Assembly: GCA_030390025.1 (NCBI GenBank)
Contig: CM059432.1
Span: forward strand, 124,746,001-124,810,000
Source: Squalus acanthias
Lineage: Eukaryota
Direction of reading: 5' to 3'
Length of the DNA: 64,000 nucleotides
Of the stretch, positions 51,021-62,143 are shown in pieces (the stretch's first letter is position 1; the number at the start of each line of letters is the position of its first letter). The notes under the pieces were generated by a model, which worked only from the letters and a program-made list of their open reading frames with translations, ran no database searches and was not told where the DNA came from. The translations under genes and the position numbers were made by a program.

Positions 51021-53935
51021 TTTTTTTTATTCGTTCATGGGATGGGGGCGATGCTGGCCTTGCCAGCATTTATTGCCCATCCCCACTTGCCTTTGAGAAG
51101 GTGGTGGTGAGCCGCCGCCTTGAACCGCTGCAGTCCGTGCGGTGAAGGTACTCCCACAGTGCTGTTAGGTAAGGAGTTCCAGGATTTTGATCCAGTAACG
51201 ATGAAGGATCGGCGATATATTTCCAAGTCAGGATGGTGTGTGACTTGGAGGGTAACTTGGAGCTGGTGGTGTTCCCATGTGCCTGCTGCCCTTGTCCTTC
51301 GAAGTGGAAGAGGTCACGGGTTTGGGAGTTGCTGCAGTGCATCTTGTAGATGGTACACACTGCAGCCACGATACGCCGGTGGTGGAGGGAGTTAATGTTT
51401 AAGGTGGTGGATGGGGTGCCAATCAAGCGGGCTGCTTTGTCTTGGATGGTGTCGGGCTTCGTGAGTGTTGTTGGAGCTGCACTCATCCAGGCAAGTGGAG
51501 AGTATTCCATCACACTCCTTACTTGTGCCTTGTAGATGGTGGAAAGGCTTTGGGGAGTCAGGAGGTGAGACACTCGCTGCAGAATACCCAGCCTCTGACC
51601 TGCTCTTGTTGCCACAGTATTTATGTGGCTGGTCCAGTTAAGTTACTGGTCAATGGGACCCCCAGGATGTGATGGTGGGGGATTCGGCGATGGTAATGCC
51701 ATTGAATGTCGAGGGGCGGTGTCGCTTGTTGGAGATCGTCATTGCCTGGCACTTCAGTGGCACGAATGTTACCTGCCACTAATCAGCCCAAGCCTGAGCG
51801 TCGTCCAGGCTTCATTAGCTGAGGATTTGTGAATGGCACTGAACACTGCAGTCCTCAGCGACCATCCCCATTTCTGACCTTATGATGAAGATGGTTGGGC
51901 CGAGGACACTGCCCTGAGGAACTCCTGCAGCGATGTCTCGGGGCTGTGATGATTGACTTTCAACCACTACAACCATCTTCTTCTGTGCTAGGTATGACTC
52001 CAGCCAGTGGAGAGTTCCCCCCCCACCCCGATTTCCATTGACTTCAGTTTTACTAGGGCTCCTTGATGCCACACTCGGTCAAATGCTGCCTTGATGTCAA
52101 GGGCAGTCACTCTCGCCTCACCTCTGGAATTCAGCTCCTTTGTCCACGTTTGGACCAATGCTGTAATGAGGTCGGGAGCCGAGTGGTCTTGGCGGCACCC
52201 AAACTGGGCATCAGTGAGCAGGTTATTGGTGAGTAAGTGCCGCTTGATAGCACTGTTGATGACCCCTTCCATCACTTTGCTGATGATTGAGAGTAGACTG
52301 ATGGAGTGGTAATTGGCCGGATTGGATTTGTCCTGATTTTTGTGGATGGGACATACCTGGGCAGTTTTTCACATTGTCGGATAGATGCCAGTGTTGTAGC
52401 TGTACTGGAACAGCTTGGCTAGAGGCGCAGCTAGTTCTGGAGCACAATTCTTCAGCACGATAGCCGGGATATTGTCGGGGCCCATAGGCTTTGCTGTATC
52501 CAGTGTGCTCAGCCGTTTCTTGATATCACGTGGAGTGAGTCGAATTGGCTGAACACTGGCTTCTGTGATGATGGGGACCTCAGGAGGAGGCCGATATGGA
52601 TCATCCACTCTGCACTTCTGGCTGAAGATGGTTGCAAACGCTTCAGCCTTGTCTTTTACAGTCACGTGCTGGGCTCAACCATCTTTGAGGATGGGGATAT
52701 TCATGGAGCCATCTCCTCTCGTTAGTTGGTTAATGGTCCACCACCATTCACGACTGGATGTGGCAGGACTGCAGAGCTTTGATCAGATACGTTGATTGTG
52801 GGATTGCTGAGCCCTGTCTATAGCATGCTGCTTCTGCTTTTTAGCGTGCATGTAGTCCTGTGTTGCAGCTTCCCCAGGTTGGCACCTCATTTTTAGTTAT
52901 GCCTGGTGCTGCTCCTGGCATGCTCTTCTACAATCCTTATCAAACCAGGGTTGGTCCCCTGGCTTGTTGGTAATGGTAGAGTGAGGGATATGCCGTGCCA
53001 TGAGGTTACAGATTGTGGTGGAATACAATTCTGCTGCTGCTGATGGACCACAGTGCCTCATGGATGCCCAGTTTTGAGCTGCTAGATCTGTTCCGAATCT
53101 ATCCCATTTAGCACGGTGGTAGTGCCACACAACACGATGGAGGGTGTCCTCAGTGTGAAGACGGGACTTCGTCTCCACAATGACTGTGCGGTGGTCACTG
53201 CTACCAATACTGTCATGGACAGATGCATCTGCGACAGGTAGATTGGTGAGGACGAGGTCAAGTAGGTTTTTCCCTCGTGTTGGTTCTCTTACCACCTGTC
53301 GCAGGCCCAGACTGGCAGCTAAGTCCTTCAGGACTTAGCCACCTTGGTCAGTAGTGGTGCTACCGAGCCACTCTTGGTGATGGACATTGAAGTCAGCTGA
53401 GGGAGGGCGGTAGGTGGTAATCAGCAGGAGGTTTCCTTGCCCATGCTTGACCTGAAGCCATGAGACCGGAGTCAATGTTGAGGACTCCCAGGGCCACTCT
53501 TTCCCGACTATACCACTGTGCCACCACCCCTGGTGGGTCTGTCCTGCCGGTGGGACAGGACATACACAGGAATGGTGATGGAGGAGTTTATTGTGTTTTG
53601 TAGCGGTTTGTTACAACTGAGTGGCTTGCTAGGCCATTTCAGAGGGCAGTTAAGAGCCAACCACATTGGGTTTGTGGGTCTGGAGTCACATATAAGCCAG
53701 ACCAGTTAAGGATGGCAGATTTCCTTCCCTAACGACATTAGTGAACCAGATGGGTGTTTATGACAATCCGATAGTTTCATGGTCACCACTGATACTAGCT
53801 TTTTATTCCAGATTTATTTAATTAACTGAATTTAAATTCCCCAGCTGCCGTGGTGAGATTTGAGCTCTCTTCTCTGGATCATTAGGCCTCTGGATTACTA
53901 GCCCAGTGACATTACAACTATGCTACCGTTCCCGG
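51021..53935 (-). mobile_element. Second near full-length copy of the tRNA-headed CR1-group LINE, with internal deletions
   Basis: Minus strand begins CCGGGAACGGTAGCATAGTTG..., same head/body as 4321-4650, then APE and RT ORF pieces and poly(A) tail. Confidence 0.92.
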
Positions 53936-54637
53936 TATGTTCAGAGTTAAATCCCTCTATCCTGCCTTCCATTGCAGTAAAGTAATACTGACTCAAACAA
54001 AAATATATTGGCGCAATTAGTTTGAAAGTAGCTTAATCGAAATAGAATTGATGCAGTGGAACAGGATGTGGGTTCACAACCACAACTCTCCACCTCACCA
54101 CTATGTAGAAATGCTGAGCAGAGGCCTGATGATTTGAGACAGCACAGCTGAGTCATCCTGGCATAAGCTAGAACAGGCGTTGGGCCCTTTGTCTGTGCTA
54201 ATGAGGGGCCTAGTACCTGTTTTAGGACCTCTTGGGGAAATTGGGCTGCTCTAAGAGGAGCAGGTGTCTGGCCTGCTCTGTTCAGGTTCTACTGGCGTGG
54301 ATGCAGCTTAACAAGCGACCACCACCAAAAAGAGAAGTTTATTTTTTAAAAAACATTGAGTTTTAATGTGGATGTAGGAGGAGCAGGAGTGCTCATCCCA
54401 GCTCCACGGCATTTTAGGCAGTTGCAATCGCCCCCCCCCCCCCCCGAACGTCTTACCTGAGACCGCTGCCGGCAAAGCAAGCTGCCCAAAATACAGGGTG
54501 AGCTGACTGTGGAGCCTGTGAAGGTGTGACATATTTAGCTGAGGCCCGAGACACAATTTCATACCTCAGTTCAAGCACATGCTGATCACGGAGTGCCCAG
54601 TCCGGGTCCGAAAACAGGTCCAGGCTAATTTCTACCC

Positions 54638-54947
54638 TTCTCTTCTTAGGCAGTCCCTCGGAACCGAGGATGACTTGCTTCCACATTAAAAATGAGTTCT
54701 CAGGTGACTGATGAGTCCAATGCGGGACCTACAGTCTCTGTCACAGGTGGGGCAGACGGTGGTTGAAGGGGGCGGGTGGGTGGGGTGCTTGGGTTGACGT
54801 GCGCTCCTTGTGCTTGGCTTCCACTTGCTCCCGGCGAAGAGACTCGAGGTGTTCGGCGCCTTCCCGGATGTTTCTCCTCCACTTTGTGCGGTCTTGGGCC
54901 AGGGATTCCCAGGTGTCAGTGGGGATGTTGCACTTTTTCAAGGAGTG
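54638..54947 (-). mobile_element. RTE LINE 3' fragment (same family as 20843-21824)
   Basis: SLKKCNIPTDTWESLAQDRTKWRRNIREG; near-identical 3' UTR. Confidence 0.9.
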
Positions 54948-54949
54948 CC

Positions 54950-55310
54950 TTTTCATATGGTGTCTTTTAACTTTCCAAGGTATTTCAGAATTTTGGTCAA
55001 AAAAAATGACGCTGAGCCAAAATAGGAGATATTCGGAGGGGTGACCAAAAGCTTAGTCAAAGGGGTGGGTTTTTAGGAGGATCTTCAAGGAGGAGAGTGT
55101 GGTGGAGAAGCAGTGATTTTAGGGAAGAAATTTCAGTGTGGGGGCTCGGCAGCTGAAGGCACGGCCACCACTGGTTAGGGTAAAGGAAGTGGGGTGCACA
55201 AGAGGCCAGAGTCAGAGGACCGGAGTTTGGGGTGGGGGGAGTGGTGGTGGTTGTAGGGCTGGTGGAGGTTAGAGATGGGGAGAGGCAGGGCCATGAAGGG
55301 ATTTGGACAC
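54950..55310 (-). mobile_element. L2 LINE 3' end
   Basis: Reverse complement resembles 46413-46742. Confidence 0.7.
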
Positions 55311-55319
55311 TTGAACACT

Positions 55320-55655
55320 TAATCTAGACTGCCACTCCAGTGTAGGGGTGCTCCATTGTCAGAGCTGCCATCCTTTGGATGAGTCATAAAATTAATATTC
55401 CTGCAGCTTAATATTAAAGATAATATGGCACTCTTTAAAGAATAGCAGGGAGTTCTATGTTCAAATCAACATTTCTGTCTTATCCAACCCCACCAAAAAA
55501 CAGATTAACTGTCCAATCATCTTACTGATGTTTGTGAGGTCTTGCTGTATACAAAATGACTGCTCCGTTCATCTACGTAATAGTCACTGCACTGCACACT
55601 AATTCATAGTATGTGAAGTGCTTTGGGATGCACTAAATATAAGTCGTTCTTTTTG
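55320..55655 (+). mobile_element. Degraded DeuSINE-like SINE
   Basis: TTTGGATGAGTCATAAAA...ATGGCACTCTTTAAAGAATAGCAGGGAGTTCT...GTGCTTTGGGATG. Confidence 0.6.
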
Positions 55656-58600
55656 TGCACACTTGGGGGGGAATTCCTAAATCTGGGCTTTAATCAGCTT
55701 TTGCCTAAATTCCCTGGGTTTATCGCACAGTTTACGAGACAAATTCTGTTGTCGTAACAATGCATGATCTAACGTCTGATTGAAACAATTTTGAGTAGCA
55801 AAATCTGAAAGTACCTTTCAAAGGAGCATTCTTGTAAATCAGGATATCTAAAATTAACTGAATCTCGTTTTTTGCAAAAGAAAGCTTGGGAGGCATGTCA
55901 GTTCAAAAAATCCTATTGCTTTATTGAAAATCAAAATTAACAGCATTATATAACAGCAGATTAAATTTTCAGTTTTCCAATATATTCTAACATATTGAGT
56001 GCTTTTGTAACATTGATGCAAAAATATTATAGTATGATTCTAAATTGGGAAACAAAGAAGTAACTGGCTTTGTGGAATATTAGCCGAGAGCTTCCTTGTG
56101 GCAAGAGGTCGACATAAAGAGCAGAGGAGAAGGAGCCGGAGATGGTAGAGTCCGGAAACAGTCCATTTGACTCAGCAGTTTTAATTGGAGCATTTTCTGT
56201 ATTAATTTAGTCTTTAAAAGTTTGCATTTTGGCATTATTTGAACTTCAAGGCGGAGATTTTCTCAAGCACTCTGTTTAATCTCAGCATGGGTTTTTTATT
56301 TCTCCTTTTGGAATTGATATTTTCAGTTGTAGTATCCTGTAGCCATGTAATCACTCTGGATAGTTCTGCAGTGTAGTTCCTTTTTAATGTGCGACATCGT
56401 TTGAGACACATGGGATGTACCAGTATAAAGTGCTGTTGCTCCTTGAAAAGCTGGCTGTACTTGTTAAGCTTGTACCCTTGGTTTGATACACTCGTTAACA
56501 TTTGTTCTGTAATTGCTCTTTTGTATCCTTCAATGACTTCTAATGCATTAACTGTGGTTTGAAAGTAGACGGAAAGTTCAGTGTTGTTGCTAACCATTGT
56601 TACATCTTGTTTGATGCCATGGGGCAGATTGTATGAAAGCTTCTTTAAGATATTGATTATAGATGTATTTTGACAGGATGCTTGTAAAGTCACTCTGTGC
56701 TTTATGGCATTGTACTTGACAGATACTGTGAATGGACACCAGCAATAGTTCCAGCTGTGGAAGCAAAATATAGTTTTTTTTTTAAAACCAAGATTCAAAG
56801 ATTGAGCAGAATTTAATCATTTGAAAACAATTTAGATAAATTGACCCCTTTTCAATTTTGGTTAGCTATGCTGTGTTCTCAAAAACTAATCTGTAGCTAT
56901 TTTAAAACTAGTCTCAGTGAAGGTATCCAATAGTGGCTAGACTGCAGTTGCAGGACTAACACCTTTAATGTGATGGGAAAAATCTATGGCATTATAGTAA
57001 AAGTCCTAACTGCATACCAGTCTCATTCAAAAACATTTTTAGGCTGACTGTCCTAATAGGTGAGATAATTCACTATTGTTTGTAAAAAAAAAAGATTCAA
57101 ATCGTTATCTACAATGACTGGTATGGAAGATGCAGATCTGTTGGAAAATGGTCCCAGGTTACCGACTGTGGGCTTACCCCAGAATACCGTCTGAGAACTT
57201 GTAATGCTTACCACTCAAGTACATTTGTCCTACTCGTCACTAATAATGTATGAGCAAGGAATAGTATGAATATGCAATAGCTTTCCTCTTTTATATTCGT
57301 ACTGACATTTTCAGTTTACATGAGTGACTGGTGGGAAATAAAACTGCATCATAAATGTACGAGGTGCTTACTTACCAACAAAGGAACAACTAATATATTT
57401 TAACACTGACAGAATGATTAAAATACAAAAATTGTTTTATAATTCTGGATTTAAGGCAAACTTAGTTGTTTCTTTTAAGGATCTGTAACAATTAAATTAC
57501 AGTGGAATGGTATCATACTTGAAAAGAGTTACTTACCATGAAAAAATCAGGAAGATTTTAGGCAACATTTTTTCCGTCCGTGCAGTAGGAGCTATCGCTA
57601 TTTAGGTATGAGAGAGCTTCTCCTGCACCTGTTCTTTTATACACCCAGCATCATGGGGAAAATCCCATTTCATCAGCTGTGTGTTTCATTTCATTACAAA
57701 ATGAAAGTGAAAATCATAAATTATGCAATCGGAAAATTCATGATTCACAAAAAGCTAAGGAACCGTGATCAGCTTGCTTTGAAATATGTACAGAGGAAGA
57801 AATAAGTATATGATGAACTATAAGGTCCTTATCCCTAAAGGAGTCCTCGGTACCTTTTTCATTTTAAATTTGATTTTGAAATACTTGCTTTACATGTTTA
57901 CATACGTTGAAGTGACCTGTATTTAAGAGGTTTATTTTTAAGAGCTTTTACTCTAAACTTATCCTCCCACTCCTGTTTAGAGCATCAACTCTATTCTGCA
58001 GCCCTCCTTTTTCTCTCTCCTTCCCCTATTCCATGTTCCTAACTCTAAAATTGGCAGCAATCCTGGGCTAAGATTTTCTAAGTATAGAAAGCTCTTTTCC
58101 CAATTATTGATCCAAACTGCAATGTCTTCAAAGTGAGAGGTGTTAGAAACATTATGAAATATCAATCTAAGCTTTCTGTCTCTTCTCCCCGCCACCCCCC
58201 CTCAGCTTTTTCAATGGATTTGGGATGGGCAGAGGTGGAAAACAATGTGGGTACATGCTCTGCTGCATCTGTCTCCCTGCCATTTATCATGACCACTTCT
58301 GTTGGCAAGATGTGCCTACCCAAATGTGGGCGAGTGCATGGTAATGACATACATATGGCAGCAAACACAGCAGAAGTCATGTTTCATGCCATTTGCAATG
58401 AAACACTGGGTGCAGGGGCCACCTGCTAGGCCCCAGCAATAAGCGTTCACCTATCAGTGGAGGAGTCCCCGGGGCATAAATTGATAAGCTGCCTGCGTCA
58501 GCACTTTAAGCATGGACATGCACAGGTCTCATTAGTTTGGTGACATTTCTAAAATATAAAAATAATTTTGAATCTGGCAGCTCACCAACCAACTCATTTT

Positions 58601-59629
58601 CCTACTATGACAGGCCCGAGGCCTGCCGCAGTAACTCGCTGCTCTATATCTGCGCAACTTGTTCATGGACGCCCAGGAGCCAACCTCCCATATGGAAAAG
58701 GCCCCAGAGCCAGAATGCAGCTAAGGTGAGCGGGGCATACAAGGAGTGGACAGAAATCCAGCCGCACAGCAATGAGTCCTAAATTGGATTGGTTTGCGGG
58801 GGGCGGGTGGTTAGAAAGCCTACAAATATGATTACTCAGGAATGGAAAATTTTTGCAAAATTTGCCAAATTGTAGGGCATTTTGTGTTGTGGATTTACAA
58901 AAGCTAAAAATTGAGTTGAGAATCATCATCTAATTCATGTAGGATCCTTACAACTGACAAGAGACTTTCATTCCAGGTCCTTGTGTGAAAGAAAACTGTG
59001 TTGATTTAACCTCTTTCTCGCCACCCCACCAAAATCAGCACAGAATTGCATTTTTTTATTCATATAATCTGAGGTACCCTGTCTTGCTGCTTTAGGACTG
59101 CTTTTGGCTTTTTACCAAACATAACCAGAGGCTTCCTCTCACTGGTTCTGGGTTCCCAGAAATGGTTTCAGGTTGCAATCTGCTCATGTGACATACGGTC
59201 ACTAAGCATTCACTCCACTGCAGCCTATTGCATCAATACCCTGCAACACCTAGTTCAGTCTTGCTCAATGTTCCTTCCTCCTGCCTGAGTCAAGACACTC
59301 TTTACAAAATTGAGTTTGTTAATCTCAGTTTGGTTATATGGAGGAGCGGCACTGATCTGCTTTATTCAAGGAATTAATGTTCATAGGCTGATTGATCCAC
59401 TATTGAGACTGAAGAGAAAAATAGTACCGTTGGATAAATAAATTTCTAAATGTTTCATGGGGTGAGAGGCGCTGGGAGATGCTCTTCCACTTTTCAATAC
59501 AAAACCAGCTATTTGCCCTTCCACACGGCCAGTTGGATTGCTCCAGCTCTTTTTTAATCTCTCTAGCTGTCGCGCACATGTGCTTTCTCTCTCTCTCTCT
59601 TTTTCTCTTTCTCTTTCCCTCCCTCCCCT

Positions 59630-60322
59630 TCGCTCAGTGATAGCACTTTCACTTCTGAGTCGTTATGGATTCAAGCCCCCTTCCAGGACTCAAGAATATC
59701 TCAGCTGACTTTGCAGTACAGAAGGAGTACAGTACTGTGTTGTCAGAGGTGCTGTCTTTCAGGTGAGATGTTAAATCAGCACCTCACCTTCCTCTTCCTG
59801 GATGTAAAGAAAATTCCCATCGTTATTCAAAGAGCACGGTTATGGTAGTATAGTCATTGTCACTAGACTGGTAAACTAGAGGCCTGGACTAATAATCCAG
59901 AGAACGAGAGTTCAAATCACACCATGACAGTTTGTGAATTTGAATTCAATTTTTTAAACCTGGAAATAAAAAGCTGGTGTCAGTAAAAGTAACCATGAAG
60001 CTGTCTGATGTAAAAACTCAACTGGTTCATTAATGTCCTTTTATGGGATCACTGTGCAGGGAGGCCATGAGGTTTGGTAGCACTGAGGGTGGAATATAGA
60101 GTTTGACTCATTGGCTTCAGTAATGAAAAGAGGGGGAAGGCACAGGACTGCACTGGAGTTGGGGGGTGGTCTTGAGTCAATCGGCTCTATTTCCACACCA
60201 GTCATCCTATGGGGTTGCCAGTTAATGCCAGGCTATGGATAGTTTCCTTACCCGGTCTGGCCTATGTGGTTCCAGTCCCACACCGTGGTTGTCTATTAAC
60301 TGCTCTCTGAAATGGCCTGGCA
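59630..60322 (+). mobile_element. DeuSINE-like 5' part (59630-59835) followed by a tRNA-head element of the 4321 LINE-head family (59836-60322)
   Basis: GCTCAGTGATAGCACT...GGATTCAAGCCCC; then GGTAGTATAGT...GAGTTCAAATC...CTGGTTCATTAATGTCCTTT...GGTCTGGCCTATGTG...CTGAAATGGCCT. Confidence 0.75.
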
Positions 60323-60977
60323 CGAGGGTTTCCAACCCTCCCAGAATGACCAGAATCGGTGAATCCTATCCTGAGTGCTGCATCTAGCAGCCCGGGAGAT
60401 CAGCGATTTTAAAATTCCCACCGCAGTGTGCCCCACATGAACAACAGACGCTTGTGTTAGTTACTGTAAATAATTACTAATTGTTAGCCTGGCGTCCGGA
60501 TTCAGAACAAGGTTTTGCTGCATTAATTTTAAACCGAATAATTTCCCAGCCTTTTCCACGGAGCTCGTCACTGGCTGCTGCTCAGTCCCATCACTCGCAG
60601 AGAGCTGTGACCGACTGGAGTGTAGTTGGGAGGGGGCTGAGGGGGTCCAGTCTCGGAGGGGCTCTGAAATCGGGGTCCCGGGGGGGGGGGGGGGGGGGGG
60701 AGAGAAGTGAGGGAGATGGGGGCTCGAGAGTGGGAAGAGATGGAGACTGGATGTGGCTGCTAGGGAGGTATCCCTTGCTCCAGGATCACTGGAGGGGGAC
60801 CATGAGGTTTGGTAGCACTGAGGGTGGAATATAGAGTTTGACCCATTGGCTTCAGTAATGAAGAGGGGGAAGGGACAGGACAGGACTGTGCTCGTGTGGG
60901 GTCTTGAGTCAGTCAGCTCTATTTCCTCACCAGTTATCCTATGGGATTGCCAGTTAATACCAGGCTATGGATAGTTT
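60046..60977 (+). repeat. Local direct duplication of about 200 bp (60046-60245 and 60783-60977)
   Basis: Both copies run GGATCACTG...CCATGAGGTTTGGTAGCACTGAGGGTGGAATATAGAGTTTGAC...CCAGGCTATGGATAGTTT. Confidence 0.9.
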
Positions 60978-61352
60978 TGTCATGTAACAGGAAGCTGAGT
61001 TGATACTCTTGAGAAATATGATGGGCCTTAATAACCATCAAAGACAGAGGCTTTTATGCCATTGTCTAGGTTGGATTCTGACTCATATTGCAGAGGTTAA
61101 AAGCTGGTGTTCTTACTCATTGCACTTCTTGATCATTAAATGGTAGTCTTGCTTGTTTCAATCCAGAGAATGAGTGTTGTGCTTTATCTCATCCATTTTT
61201 AATTCGAGCCAAGGACTAAATGATTTATTTAATGGAATCCATCATGTTAATGATGGGGAAACGGTGGCACTCTTAAAATGATTGAAACGCATAACTAAAG
61301 TAGGAGGCCAATAGGAAAACAAAAGTCAGATACTTGAGTCCAAACTGACATG

Positions 61353-62143
61353 GTGCTGGATTCCTCTCTGCGATCCTGCCTAAAATGAAGTGGGATAACT
61401 GGAGTATGAGGTAAAATCTAGCGGCGAGGCCGACCACCCCCCTTCACTTACCCAATCTGGATTTCCCTCCCCTTGCGACCACTCCTACATAGAAACATAG
61501 AAACATAGAATCTAGGAGCAGGAGTAGGCCATTCGGCCCGTCGAGCCTGCACCACCATTCAATACGATCATGGCTGATCATTCAAATCCAGTACCCTGTC
61601 CCTGCTTTAATCCCCACAGTACACATATCCCACCCGACCCCCGTAACCCCACATATTTAATTCCCCCTAACATATCCCATCCTATCCCCATAACCCCACA
61701 TATTTAATCCCCCCCTAACACTAAGGGTCAATTTATCATAGCCAAATCAACCTAACCCGCACATTCCTAGCCATCCCTTCCCCACCTGCCAAATGCAAAT
61801 GCTGGTGGGGGCAAGGGGCCCAGGTCCATTTCCCTCCTGTCTGCCCTAGTTGCCGCTGCTTTCTGGGTCGGCCATGTAGGTGGTGGCAGTAGTCGTCCCG
61901 AGGTCAGGGAATGGAGGGGAGGGCCTGAATGATGCCTCCTCTCCCTCCATATAGGCCCCACATACTTGATCCTGCTGCAGCATCTTGAGATTTTGCAGCC
62001 AGGCATCGGCGGGCTCCCAGGTTTCCTGCCGAGAGCCCAACATGCTTACTGAATGACCCCAAACCTGGGGGAAATGAATTGGGGTTGAGGCGAGTGGAAG
62101 TCCTGTCTTGCCACTATTCCACCCCAAATAGGAGAATCCTGCC
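61353..62143. mobile_element. Degenerate Harbinger-type MITE (nested SINE inside)
   Basis: Ends GTGCTGGATTC / reverse complement GGCAGGATTC resemble the GGGCTGGATTTT TIR; flanked by ATG/ATG. Confidence 0.5.
61487..61766 (-). mobile_element. HE1-like (V-SINE) 3' fragment with CR1/HER1 tail
   Basis: (ACATAGAA)n tail, CR1 3' end, and V-domain-like AAGGGTCAATTTATCATAGCCAAATCAACCTAACCCGCACAT. Confidence 0.65.

Noticed and set aside
54232..54637. Possible Harbinger-type MITE (GGGGAAATTGGGC / GGCTAATTTCTACCC)
   Set aside because: Ends match poorly and the right flank is disrupted by the RTE insertion, so no TSD can be verified
57120..57190. Possible next TMX3 exon (MEDADLLE resembles YEDGDLSS)
   Set aside because: No acceptor in the right phase and the following residues do not match WINRERF; the next exon appears to lie beyond the window
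58165..58825. Possible MITE with TAAGCTTTCT / AGAAAGCCTA ends
   Set aside because: TIR match too short and no convincing TSD
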